Assembly (NCBI GenBank): GCA_013374855.1
Contig: CP055308.1
Location: 661,310-725,309, forward strand
Reading direction: 5' to 3'
DNA: 64,000 nt
DNA from: Candidatus Woesebacteria bacterium
GTDB lineage: Bacteria; Patescibacteriota; Microgenomatia; UBA8517
Shown: positions 40,653-48,459 of the stretch, one piece after another
How the letters are laid out: each line of letters begins with the position of its first letter
Numbering within the stretch: position 1 is the stretch's first letter
The notes under the pieces: model-generated
Told to the model about the DNA's origin: nothing
The model's database searches: none
The model's input: only the letters and a program-made list of their open reading frames with translations
Position numbers and translations under genes: made by a program

Positions 40653-40991
40653 ATGAAAATTATTACAAGATTGGCAATAAATGTTTTTACTCTTTACATA
40701 GTAGAATACGTGGTACCAGGTTTTAAACTTTCAGGTATATGGTCAGCAACTGTCGCTGCAATAGTCATAGGTATTGCCAACACTTTCATAAGACCAATAC
40801 TTCAGATAATAACACTGCCTATCTCAATAATAACTTTTGGATTGTTTGCTTTGCTTATCAATGTATCGCTACTTTACGGAGCAAGCCTTTTGGTACCAGG
40901 CTTTGAAATAGAAAATTTTCTAACTGCAATTATTGCTTCCATTGCTCTTTCTCTTGTGTCTTGGTTTTTAGCACGTCTTGCTAAAGACTAA
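40653..40991 (+). CDS. multi-pass membrane protein, PF04020 (phage holin 4_2)-like; paralog of 21853..22257
   Basis: Four TM helices, with a conserved FIRPILQIITLPISIITFGLFALLINV region. Confidence 0.5.
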   Translation: MKIITRLAINVFTLYIVEYVVPGFKLSGIWSATVAAIVIGIANTFIRPILQIITLPISIITFGLFALLINVSLLYGASLLVPGFEIENFLTAIIASIALSLVSWFLARLAKD

Positions 40992-40992
40992 C

Positions 40993-41148
40993 ATGGCAAA
41001 AACTTTCATAAAGAAAAAAGCAGGACACAATCAATCAGGACCTAAATACAGAACACCTGATTTCTTTAAAGGAAAATTAGCATCAAAAATACCGTCAACC
41101 AGTACAAAATTTAACCCCGCCAGATTTCGAATTCAGCACAAAGGATAG
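40993..41148 (+). CDS. hypothetical small basic protein (51 aa)
   Basis: ORF MAKTFIKKKAGHNQSGPKYRTPDFFKGKLASKIPSTSTKFNPARFRIQHKG, lysine-rich and not in the ORF track. No homology recognised. Confidence 0.2.
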   Translation: MAKTFIKKKAGHNQSGPKYRTPDFFKGKLASKIPSTSTKFNPARFRIQHKG

Positions 41149-41190
41149 TTTCGGCTTGCAAAATAATCTCAAAAGCATATAATAACCCCT

Positions 41191-42081
41191 ATGGCCAAAA
41201 AACAAAAAGAGGAGAAAATATCAAAAACTATTGCAAAAACTCAAGACCAAACCATACAAATTACATTCAATATTCCTCGAGAAGAAATTAAGCGTACAGA
41301 AAAAAAAATATTAGAAGAAATAGGCAAAAATCTAACTATTCCAGGGTTTCGACAGGGAAAAGCCCCGCTCACAAAAGTAAAAGAAAACACAAGCAAAGAG
41401 AAAATTATTGAAAGGATACTATCCTTACTCGTGCTCCCAGAACTGGCTAAAGTATTTGAAGATGAAAATATAAAACCTGTAGTTTACCCAAAATTTGAGC
41501 TGATTTCAGTAAAAGATGGGGAGGATTGGCAGATTAGAGTAACAACTTGTGAAATGCCAGAGGTCGTACTTGGGGAGTACAAAAAGGAGATAATCAATCA
41601 ACTAAAGCCAGAAAAAATATGGACTCCCAACAAAAAAAACGAAGAGAAAAAGGAGGAAACAAAAGAAGAAAAAGAAGCAAAAGTTCTTGAGATTCTCCTA
41701 AAAACCGTTAAGGTAGAGATACCAAAATTGCTAATAGAAGAAGATGTTGAAACAAGACTTTCCCAACTTCTTGCACGTCTTGAGAAACTGGGTCTCACAT
41801 TGGAAAAATATTTAGAATCAGTAGGGAAAACAGCACAAGAACTAAGAGAAGAATATGAAAGTCAAGTACGAGAATCTCTAATTTTAGAACTTGCATTAAC
41901 CAAAATAGGCAATGAGGAAAAAATTACAGTTGGAGATCAAGAAGTGCAAGAGCTAATAAATGCATCATCCATCAGCCAAGAGGAGGCAGAAAATCTAATT
42001 AAAGATGAAGGAAGAAAAGAAATCATAAGAAATATAATCCTGCGAAGAAAAGCACTAGACTTTTTGACTTCCTTAGTATAA
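41191..42081 (+). CDS. tig: trigger factor lacking the PPIase domain
   Basis: N-terminal ribosome-binding domain with GFRQGKAP signature and C-terminal chaperone arm. At 296 aa there is no room for an FKBP domain. Confidence 0.65.
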   Translation: MAKKQKEEKISKTIAKTQDQTIQITFNIPREEIKRTEKKILEEIGKNLTIPGFRQGKAPLTKVKENTSKEKIIERILSLLVLPELAKVFEDENIKPVVYPKFELISVKDGEDWQIRVTTCEMPEVVLGEYKKEIINQLKPEKIWTPNKKNEEKKEETKEEKEAKVLEILLKTVKVEIPKLLIEEDVETRLSQLLARLEKLGLTLEKYLESVGKTAQELREEYESQVRESLILELALTKIGNEEKITVGDQEVQELINASSISQEEAENLIKDEGRKEIIRNIILRRKALDFLTSLV

Positions 42082-42120
42082 AGGTATAAAATAACTCTAC
42101 CAAATTTCTGCCCAAAAAAA

Positions 42121-42729
42121 ATGGCCGCCAATAAGAAAAACCAAGGGCAAACAATCAAAAATCAAATAGAAAACATAAAGGAAGATAGCCCTTCTTTGCC
42201 TCAATTTCCTATAAAAGACCCTTTAGAAATTCTTCAAGAAGTATTAGGAACAAACACCATACAGGAAAAACCCACAAGAAGAGAGTTCCGCCCCGGGGAG
42301 TCTATTGATATAGCAAAAATATTAACCAATAAAGAAAACACCCAAAATATAACAAAAAGAAAAGAAAATAGATTCATATTTGCCGAAGAAAAAAAAGAAG
42401 ACGAGAGAAAGATGGCAATCCTAAGGATGCAACTTGAGCAAATAATAAGAGAGGTAAAAATACTTGCTCAATCAACAAAATCTGTAGAAGAACAAATTAA
42501 AGCCATTCCAGATCAAACTCCTCAAGAACCAGGTATTTATCATATTGGTTTTTTTGAAGAAATATTAAAATTAGTAAAAAATGCAAGAAAAAAAATAGAA
42601 GAAGCCTCTGTCTGGCTTTCCTTTGCCACAAACCGAGCACAAAAGAAAAACTACTGGGCAAGATACAAAAAGGGTGGGGCAAGTTTCCTACTTTCCCCAG
42701 ATCATTACCTCACAAGATCCGCAGGATAA
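42121..42729 (+). CDS. hypothetical protein
   Basis: 202 aa, charged and coiled-coil-like, no motif recognised. Confidence 0.3.
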   Translation: MAANKKNQGQTIKNQIENIKEDSPSLPQFPIKDPLEILQEVLGTNTIQEKPTRREFRPGESIDIAKILTNKENTQNITKRKENRFIFAEEKKEDERKMAILRMQLEQIIREVKILAQSTKSVEEQIKAIPDQTPQEPGIYHIGFFEEILKLVKNARKKIEEASVWLSFATNRAQKKNYWARYKKGGASFLLSPDHYLTRSAG

Positions 42730-42783
42730 ACTTGTTGATAAGGTTTGCATAATACTAAATTTTGACTTAAAATATTTTTGTCC

Positions 42784-42857
42784 GGACGGTTAGCTCAGTT
42801 GGTTAGAGCGTTCGCTTGACGTGCGAAAGGTCGGGGGTTCGAGTCCCTCACCGTCCA
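42784..42857 (+). tRNA. tRNA-Val (anticodon GAC)
   Basis: Acceptor GGACGGT/ACCGTCC, anticodon loop TTGACGT, T-loop GGGGGTTCGAGTCCCTC. Confidence 0.85.
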
Positions 42858-42863
42858 CAAAAA

Positions 42864-42940
42864 GGGCCCGTAGCTCAGTTGGCTAGAGCGCTTGGCTGGC
42901 AGTCAAGAGGTCAGGGGTTCGACCCCCCTCGGGTCCACCA
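42864..42940 (+). tRNA. tRNA-Ala (anticodon GGC) with encoded CCA; 3' end is the junction of an integrated element
   Basis: Acceptor GGGCCCG/CGGGTCC with the G3:U70 Ala identity pair, anticodon loop CTGGCAG, T-loop AGGGGTTCGACCCCCCT. The last 6 nt (CCACCA) are shared with repeat A1. Confidence 0.85.
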
Positions 42941-44437
42941 AAGTTGATTTGCCGCCTCGCTCGGCGCTTCGCGCCTCGCTTCGGTGGGCATTTCATACAG
43001 ATAATTCCAAGGTTTTTTGAACGCAACGGACAGCGCACCCGCCGCAAGGCGGCGGTTCGAGCCGATGGTTTTGAGAAAATTTTTCATCTCCGAAAAATTT
43101 TCTTCCAAAATAAGATTTTTGGCTTGGCTGGCTGATAAAATCCAGTTTCTGGTGAGTTCGAGCCAACGATTTCCATTTCGCTCAAAATCAAATAATTTTT
43201 CCTCTAAAGTTTCCTTTTCGCTCATTAGAGCGTTTTTCTTTTGCTGAAATTCTAAAAGCTCCAAAGCGCCTGCAAGGTAGGCATCGGTCAATCTTTCCAG
43301 CTTCTTTTTAACGTTGTTGATTTTCTCTTTAAGATTTTGAGCGAAAAGATCCGATGTTTGGCGGTTCTTCTTTTCCCATTCTTTTAATTTATTCAAATAT
43401 CTTTCCCGCCAAACATCGGGTAGAGAAACTTTTTGACAGTACTCTTTTACTTGTTCGGCTAATTTTTCCTCCCGCAAAAAGCGGCTTTGGGTGCACTTCA
43501 TTGTTTTGCTCTTTTTGGTACAGCGGTAATAGACAAACTCAAGTCCGCTTTTCTTGATGTGCCTTTCTGCCGTTATGGAATAGCCGCACTCTCCGCATTT
43601 TGCGAAATTCAAAAACAGAAATTCTTTTTTCTCTTTCCGCTTTTTGCGGGGCTTGCCGTTGTCTTTTAACGCCTGCTGTATTTTGTCAAAAAGTTTTTTT
43701 GAAATCATTGGCTTGTGACTGCCTTGATGCAGTTCTCCTCGGTAGTAAAACATCCCATAGTAAAAAGGATTTTTCAAAATCTTTTCAATAGACGACAAAG
43801 CCAGCGGCTTGCCGTCCCTGCCAGCCAAGCCAAGGGAAAACATTTTGCACTGAATAGAAGTGAGTGTATATCTGCCAGTGGCAAATTCCTCTAAAATTTT
43901 CTTTACCTTTTTGAAGGTTTTGGGATCCGGCTCTATTGTCCGCAGTCTCGGCTCGTTGAAGTAGCCGAGAGGCGCCTTTGCCGGCAGTTCTCCGCGCCTC
44001 AGCTTCTGTCTTATCCCGCGCAAAATGTTTTCCCGCAAATTGTCGGTGTAGTATTTTGCCTGCCCGAAGGCGACAGAGAGCATAAACTTGCCCTGCGGAG
44101 TCGGCTCAAACCAGAAAGTAGGGAATTTCAGCGATTGGATTTTTCCGGTATCCACAAGGTAGATAATTCTTCCGCCGTCTATGCTGTTTCTTGCCAGCCG
44201 GTCGGGATTCCACGCTAAAATTCCCTGCGCGCCGCCTTTTTCTATTTCATTAAGCATTTGATTGAAGACAGGTCTTCCCGGCTCTTTGGCGGTCTGGCTT
44301 TCGGTGTATTCGCGGACAATAAAGAGGTTATGTTCTCTGGCGTATTCCCGCAGTTCGGCAAGCTGGGCTTCAATAGACAAAATCTGCCTTTCTTCCTCTT
44401 CTGTAGATTTTCGGCAGTAGATGAGGTATTTAATCAT
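42911..44437 (-). CDS. large serine recombinase (resolvase catalytic domain, recombinase domain, zinc ribbon, coiled coil)
   Basis: YCRKSTEEEERQILSIEAQ catalytic serine region, DRLARN, PLGYF, C-x2-C...C zinc ribbon, C-terminal coiled coil. Gene body is ~50% GC against a ~35% host. The last ~49 codons run through repeat A1 and stop inside tRNA-Ala, so the true C-terminus is uncertain. Confidence 0.85.
   Translation of the reverse strand: MIKYLIYCRKSTEEEERQILSIEAQLAELREYAREHNLFIVREYTESQTAKEPGRPVFNQMLNEIEKGGAQGILAWNPDRLARNSIDGGRIIYLVDTGKIQSLKFPTFWFEPTPQGKFMLSVAFGQAKYYTDNLRENILRGIRQKLRRGELPAKAPLGYFNEPRLRTIEPDPKTFKKVKKILEEFATGRYTLTSIQCKMFSLGLAGRDGKPLALSSIEKILKNPFYYGMFYYRGELHQGSHKPMISKKLFDKIQQALKDNGKPRKKRKEKKEFLFLNFAKCGECGYSITAERHIKKSGLEFVYYRCTKKSKTMKCTQSRFLREEKLAEQVKEYCQKVSLPDVWRERYLNKLKEWEKKNRQTSDLFAQNLKEKINNVKKKLERLTDAYLAGALELLEFQQKKNALMSEKETLEEKLFDFERNGNRWLELTRNWILSASQAKNLILEENFSEMKNFLKTIGSNRRLAAGALSVAFKKPWNYLYEMPTEARREAPSEAANQLWWTRGGSNP
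42935..43058. repeat. inverted repeat A, copy 1 (124 bp, identical to reverse complement of 44570..44693)
   Basis: Identity verified base by base. About 60% GC, with hairpins GGCGC-TTC-GCGCC and CCGCCGC-AAG-GCGGCGG (43039..43055). Begins with CCACCA of the tRNA-Ala 3' end. Confidence 0.9.
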
Positions 44438-44569
44438 AGCTTTGGTATTAAATTATTGATAAAGGCGGCGCGCACACCGACAATTTGCTAATCTCATTTT
44501 GGCTTTCGCCGAAGGCGAAAGAAAAATCATCGGCTCTTGCGGCTTCGCCGCAATACAAACTTTGTTTGT

Positions 44570-44693
44570 GAACCGCCGCCTTGCGGCGGGTGCGCTGTCC
44601 GTTGCGTTCAAAAAACCTTGGAATTATCTGTATGAAATGCCCACCGAAGCGAGGCGCGAAGCGCCGAGCGAGGCGGCAAATCAACTTTGGTGG
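44570..44693. repeat. inverted repeat A, copy 2 (124 bp)
   Basis: Reverse complement identical to 42935..43058. Shares 4 bp (GTGG, reverse complement CCAC) with repeat B1. Confidence 0.9.
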
Positions 44694-44915
44694 TGTCTGC
44701 TGGAAAAAGTTAGAACCTTCTACCAGCAAAACCCTGACGCTGACTGATTGCCGCCCGCAGGGCGGCAATCCCGCCCAGCGGCTCGCTACTGCCTGACGGC
44801 TGCAGGCAAAACCCGAAAAATTTCTTTTTCTTTTAATAGGCGCGCGCAAAAAATTTTTTCAATTAAGGAAACAATTTTTGCGGGTTTTGCTTCCTTGCTG
44901 ACGCAAGGACGAGCT
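44690..44915. repeat. inverted repeat B, copy 1 (226 bp, identical to reverse complement of 50155..50380)
   Basis: Identity verified base by base. GC-rich, with hairpins matching those in copy 2. Confidence 0.9.
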
Positions 44916-45012
44916 TGTATTTTTTAGTCGCCCTTGTCCCACCCAACCCAACGCGGGCGACAACAAGGAACTCCCTTGATAATTTCTGTGGACAAAAGAT
45001 TTCAAATAAGTT

Positions 45013-45068
45013 ATCATTATAGTAGAAAGAATACACACTTTATAAAATAATCTATATACTATAATGAT
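45013..45068. promoter_or_regulatory. 12 bp perfect inverted repeat (ATCATTATAGTA ... TACTATAATGAT) bracketing the promoter region of the HTH controller gene; candidate operator (C-box-like)
   Basis: Arms at 45013..45024 and 45057..45068 are exact reverse complements with a 32 bp AT-rich spacer. The ATG of the HTH gene lies 9 nt downstream. Confidence 0.45.
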
Positions 45069-45076
45069 AAACAATA

Positions 45077-45286
45077 ATGAAAATTATGTCAAATAGAATT
45101 TCTGAAAACTTAAAGAAGCTACGAGATAAAAAGGGCTATTCTCTTGAAAAGGTGGCTCGTCTTGCTGATTTATCGCTTAATACTATTGTTAAAATAGAGA
45201 ACGGAGTAAATCAAAATCCCACAATAGAAACATTAACTAAAATCGCCAGAGCATTAGAAGTTGGTGTAGATGATTTAATTAAATAA
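45077..45286 (+). CDS. XRE-family HTH regulator (restriction-modification controller, C-protein-like)
   Basis: 69 aa; HTH_3 pattern LRDKKGYSLEKVARLADLSLNTIVKIENG...IETLTKIARAL. First gene of the methyltransferase-containing operon. Confidence 0.7.
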   Translation: MKIMSNRISENLKKLRDKKGYSLEKVARLADLSLNTIVKIENGVNQNPTIETLTKIARALEVGVDDLIK

Positions 45287-45288
45287 CT

Positions 45289-46518
45289 ATGAAAAATTTT
45301 CAACCAATAACAAAAAAATTATTTCCTGCTGATTATCAGTTAATTGATGGAACTGATGAAATTTTTGAGTTAAATTTTGCTTTTTGGGAATATGAAAATC
45401 TTAATAAAAAAGATTTAATTAGACGCAGTGCCTATTTTAAATCAATAGAAGGCGAACCAACGATTCACTACCAAACTTGTAATCTTCAAAATTTAGAAGA
45501 TATACACCGCAATAGTTCTTTACGCACAAAAGCCTTTTTCTTAAATGGTAAATATTCTACAGGATACGCCACTCATAGTTTATTCCCATATAGGGGCAAA
45601 TTTCATCCACAGATGATAAGGGTTTTACTAAATATGATGAGTCTAAAACCGGGTAATGTTGTTCTTGATCCAATGTCTGGTAGTGCGACTTTATCAGTAG
45701 AGGCAAATTTGTTAGGTATTGATTCAGTGGGTGTCGATGTAAGTCCTTTTTGTTGTTTGATAGGCAGAGTAAAAACTTTTGCCTTAAATCTTAACGGCGA
45801 GAAACTTATCCAAATAACCAAAGAGCAGAATAAAATTTTTGAGAAGTTAAATAAGAATAAAGTACCGCATTATTTTATAAAAGATAGCGACGATGAAGAT
45901 AGGTCATACTACGAAGTTGCTTTATTAGCCTATCTTGACGCTGTAGGTTTTGCGCGCAGAAGCTCTAAATCAGTAAGCACTCTTTTCCCGATCGTGCTTA
46001 ATAGGTATATAACAACTATCAAAAATTTCCAAAATGCAAGAGAAAAACTGGGTCTAAGAATAGGAAAAAGTAAAATTATTGAGGATAGTGCGTTAAAATT
46101 ACCCCTGGAAGATAATAGCGTTGACGGCGTAATTACCTCTCCGCCTTATTCTTTTGCAATAGATTATGTAGATAATGATAGACCACAATTGGAATATCTT
46201 GGCTATGTCCCAGAAAAGTTAAAAGAAAATATGATTGGTTTGCAGGGTAGAGAAATAAGTCAAAAATTGGAACTTTATTTTGAAATGCTTGATAAAGTAT
46301 TTAGAGAATTGGCAAGAGTTAGTAAAAAAGGCAGCAAAACTATTTTTGTGGTTGGAACTAATGATATTCAGACAAAAGGTGTCAGATTGGAGACGAAAAT
46401 TAAGGAACTAGCAGAAGGGCAAAAGTTTAAATTTCTTTTTGAAATTTTGAAACCAATTAAAGGTCTCCAAAATACGATGAAGGAAGAATATATTTTAATT
46501 TTTGAAAATAACAAATAA
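45289..46518 (+). CDS. DNA methyltransferase (amino-MTase, N6-adenine or N4-cytosine; motif I then SPPY)
   Basis: FxGxG-like DPMSGSATL followed by catalytic ITSPPYSF. Confidence 0.75.
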   Translation: MKNFQPITKKLFPADYQLIDGTDEIFELNFAFWEYENLNKKDLIRRSAYFKSIEGEPTIHYQTCNLQNLEDIHRNSSLRTKAFFLNGKYSTGYATHSLFPYRGKFHPQMIRVLLNMMSLKPGNVVLDPMSGSATLSVEANLLGIDSVGVDVSPFCCLIGRVKTFALNLNGEKLIQITKEQNKIFEKLNKNKVPHYFIKDSDDEDRSYYEVALLAYLDAVGFARRSSKSVSTLFPIVLNRYITTIKNFQNAREKLGLRIGKSKIIEDSALKLPLEDNSVDGVITSPPYSFAIDYVDNDRPQLEYLGYVPEKLKENMIGLQGREISQKLELYFEMLDKVFRELARVSKKGSKTIFVVGTNDIQTKGVRLETKIKELAEGQKFKFLFEILKPIKGLQNTMKEEYILIFENNK

Positions 46519-47521
46519 AAATATGATTATAATTTCAAAACCCACAACTGAATCAAAATTTAAGCTGGTTATAGATAAAAATACCTTTTATCTTTACGAC
46601 CGTGACTTTGAGGAAAAATACGAGGGCTATATTTCTTCAATCAAAGAATTACTTTTAGTATTGCGAAATAAAGTCTCAACAGAAGGACTTAAAAAAGACT
46701 TTTTTGTTGAATTAATCCGCAATAAGAAAAACGGCTTACGAGCACTACTTGCATTGACTGGTATCTCAAATGAATATTTAAAACGCTTAATAACTCTAAT
46801 AAGAGTGATTGACGATGAGGAATTAAACAGGATTACATTGAAAGATAAATGGCAAATAGGAGCAGAAGAAATTGATGAGGGAGGAGTTAGTGAATGGAGC
46901 GACTCAAAGATTGCTAACCTAATAAAGAGCAATGAAAACTTTGCGAAAGGAATTATAAATATATTTTTTGAGGGCTCTACCGTTCCTGTGCTAACTCAAG
47001 CCCTGCCTTTATTTGAACTTAAAAAGCTAAGCGTTGAAAAGCTGGAATTTAAAATAGAATCTCTTGTTGATACTTTAATACGCTACAAAGAGAAAGGATC
47101 GTATGCTGGTAAAAAAGAAAATAACCCAGAGGTCCTTATTGAGAAAATTTTAGAGGAACTTGAAATACCATATACTTCTGGAGATCTACAAAAATTAGTT
47201 GGTGTGCTGGATGAAGAAAAACGAACAATGGATTTTATTATTCCCGATCAGGATAATCCATTATTGATTGTCGAGTCTTCTTATGTTGTAACCACTTCCT
47301 CTGGCCAAGGAGATAAAGCAAAAACAGAGATAAATGTTGCTAAACTCATCAAAAAGTATTATCCCAAAGCTCTATTTATTGGTTTTGTGGATGGTATCGG
47401 TTGGTATGTAAGAAAAAACGACCTTAAAAGAATGGTTGGAGCTTATGATGAAGTCTTTACTTTTCATAAAGAGGAACTTAATCGCTTTAAAGAGTTGTTA
47501 TCAACCGTATTCAACAAGTAG
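46502..47521 (+). CDS. candidate restriction endonuclease (PD-(D/E)xK-like C-terminal core)
   Basis: Sits between two MTase genes downstream of a controller gene. C-terminal MDFIIPDQ...LIVESSYVV...GDKAK resembles a PD..E.K nuclease core. No confident family match from sequence alone. Confidence 0.3.
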   Translation: MKITNKNMIIISKPTTESKFKLVIDKNTFYLYDRDFEEKYEGYISSIKELLLVLRNKVSTEGLKKDFFVELIRNKKNGLRALLALTGISNEYLKRLITLIRVIDDEELNRITLKDKWQIGAEEIDEGGVSEWSDSKIANLIKSNENFAKGIINIFFEGSTVPVLTQALPLFELKKLSVEKLEFKIESLVDTLIRYKEKGSYAGKKENNPEVLIEKILEELEIPYTSGDLQKLVGVLDEEKRTMDFIIPDQDNPLLIVESSYVVTTSSGQGDKAKTEINVAKLIKKYYPKALFIGFVDGIGWYVRKNDLKRMVGAYDEVFTFHKEELNRFKELLSTVFNK

Positions 47522-47523
47522 TT

Positions 47524-48444
47524 ATGGCTAAAGATATTAAAAAATTTGAGAACAAAATTATTCTAGGCGATTGTTTAGAAGTAATGAAAGATATCCCTGA
47601 CAATTCAGTGGATATGACTTTTGCTGACCCACCTTTTAACCTAAAGAAAAAATATAACCACTATGAGGACACAAAAGAAAAAGAGGAGTATTTAGAATGG
47701 TGCAATAAATGGATGAACGAGATGGTGAGAATTACAAAACCAAGCGGATCTATTTTTGTTCATAATATTCCCCGTTGGTTGTCGCATTTTGCCGAGTACC
47801 TAAACAAAATCGCCTATTTTAGGCATTGGATTACTTGGGATTCCGGTGGTGCACCAATGGGCAAGACGCTTTTACCGAATCACTATGGGATTTTATATTA
47901 CACAAAATCAAAATCATACAAGGATTTTAAGTTTTATGACATTAGATATCCACATCCACGCTGTCGTGTCTGTAAGGAGTTTTTGAAAGATTATGGGGGC
48001 AAAAAGGATCAAGCACATGGCTTCGGCCCTCTTCTCTCTGATGTATGGTCAGATATTCACAGAATCCGTCATAAAAAACGAAGAGACGAACATCCTTGTC
48101 AATTGCCTGTTCCATTGTTAGAAAGACTTATCTTGATGAGTACTGATGAAGGAGATATTGTGTTTGATCCATTTATTGGCACAGGCACAACTGCTGTTGC
48201 GGCTAAGCATCTGGGGAGAAAGTATATTGGGATAGATATTGACCCACAGTATATAAAAATCACAGAAAAAAATCTAAAACAAGCAAAAGAGACAAAAGTA
48301 AATGGCTGTTATGTATCTGTCTATCTTGGTGAAATTCGCACAATGAGAGACAAAGATTTTAAAGAGATATGGAAAAACAAAGAGGAAAATTTGAAACTAT
48401 TAGATAACAAAATGTACAAATTAAACAAAAGATTTGATTTGTGA
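47524..48444 (+). CDS. DNA methyltransferase, beta-class N6A/N4C (DPPF then FxGxG)
   Basis: N-terminal catalytic FADPPFNL and C-terminal motif I DPFIGTGTTAVAA. Confidence 0.8.
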   Translation: MAKDIKKFENKIILGDCLEVMKDIPDNSVDMTFADPPFNLKKKYNHYEDTKEKEEYLEWCNKWMNEMVRITKPSGSIFVHNIPRWLSHFAEYLNKIAYFRHWITWDSGGAPMGKTLLPNHYGILYYTKSKSYKDFKFYDIRYPHPRCRVCKEFLKDYGGKKDQAHGFGPLLSDVWSDIHRIRHKKRRDEHPCQLPVPLLERLILMSTDEGDIVFDPFIGTGTTAVAAKHLGRKYIGIDIDPQYIKITEKNLKQAKETKVNGCYVSVYLGEIRTMRDKDFKEIWKNKEENLKLLDNKMYKLNKRFDL

Positions 48445-48459
48445 AATTACAAGAATTCT

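Noticed and set aside
42944-43791. Short + strand ORFs antisense to the serine recombinase gene (42944.., 43017.., 43354.., 43487.., 43600.., 44258..)
   Set aside because: Antisense to a well-supported recombinase CDS, with no motifs. Typical shadow ORFs in GC-richer DNA.
44448-44849. ORF-track CDSs within the repeat modules (44448..44849 -, 44499..44747 +, 44581..44796 +, 50125..50322 -, 50221..50436 +)
   Set aside because: Identical peptides appear on mirrored strands only because the DNA is an exact inverted repeat. Low-complexity Arg/Ala/Pro-rich products of GC-rich DNA with few stops; judged non-coding.
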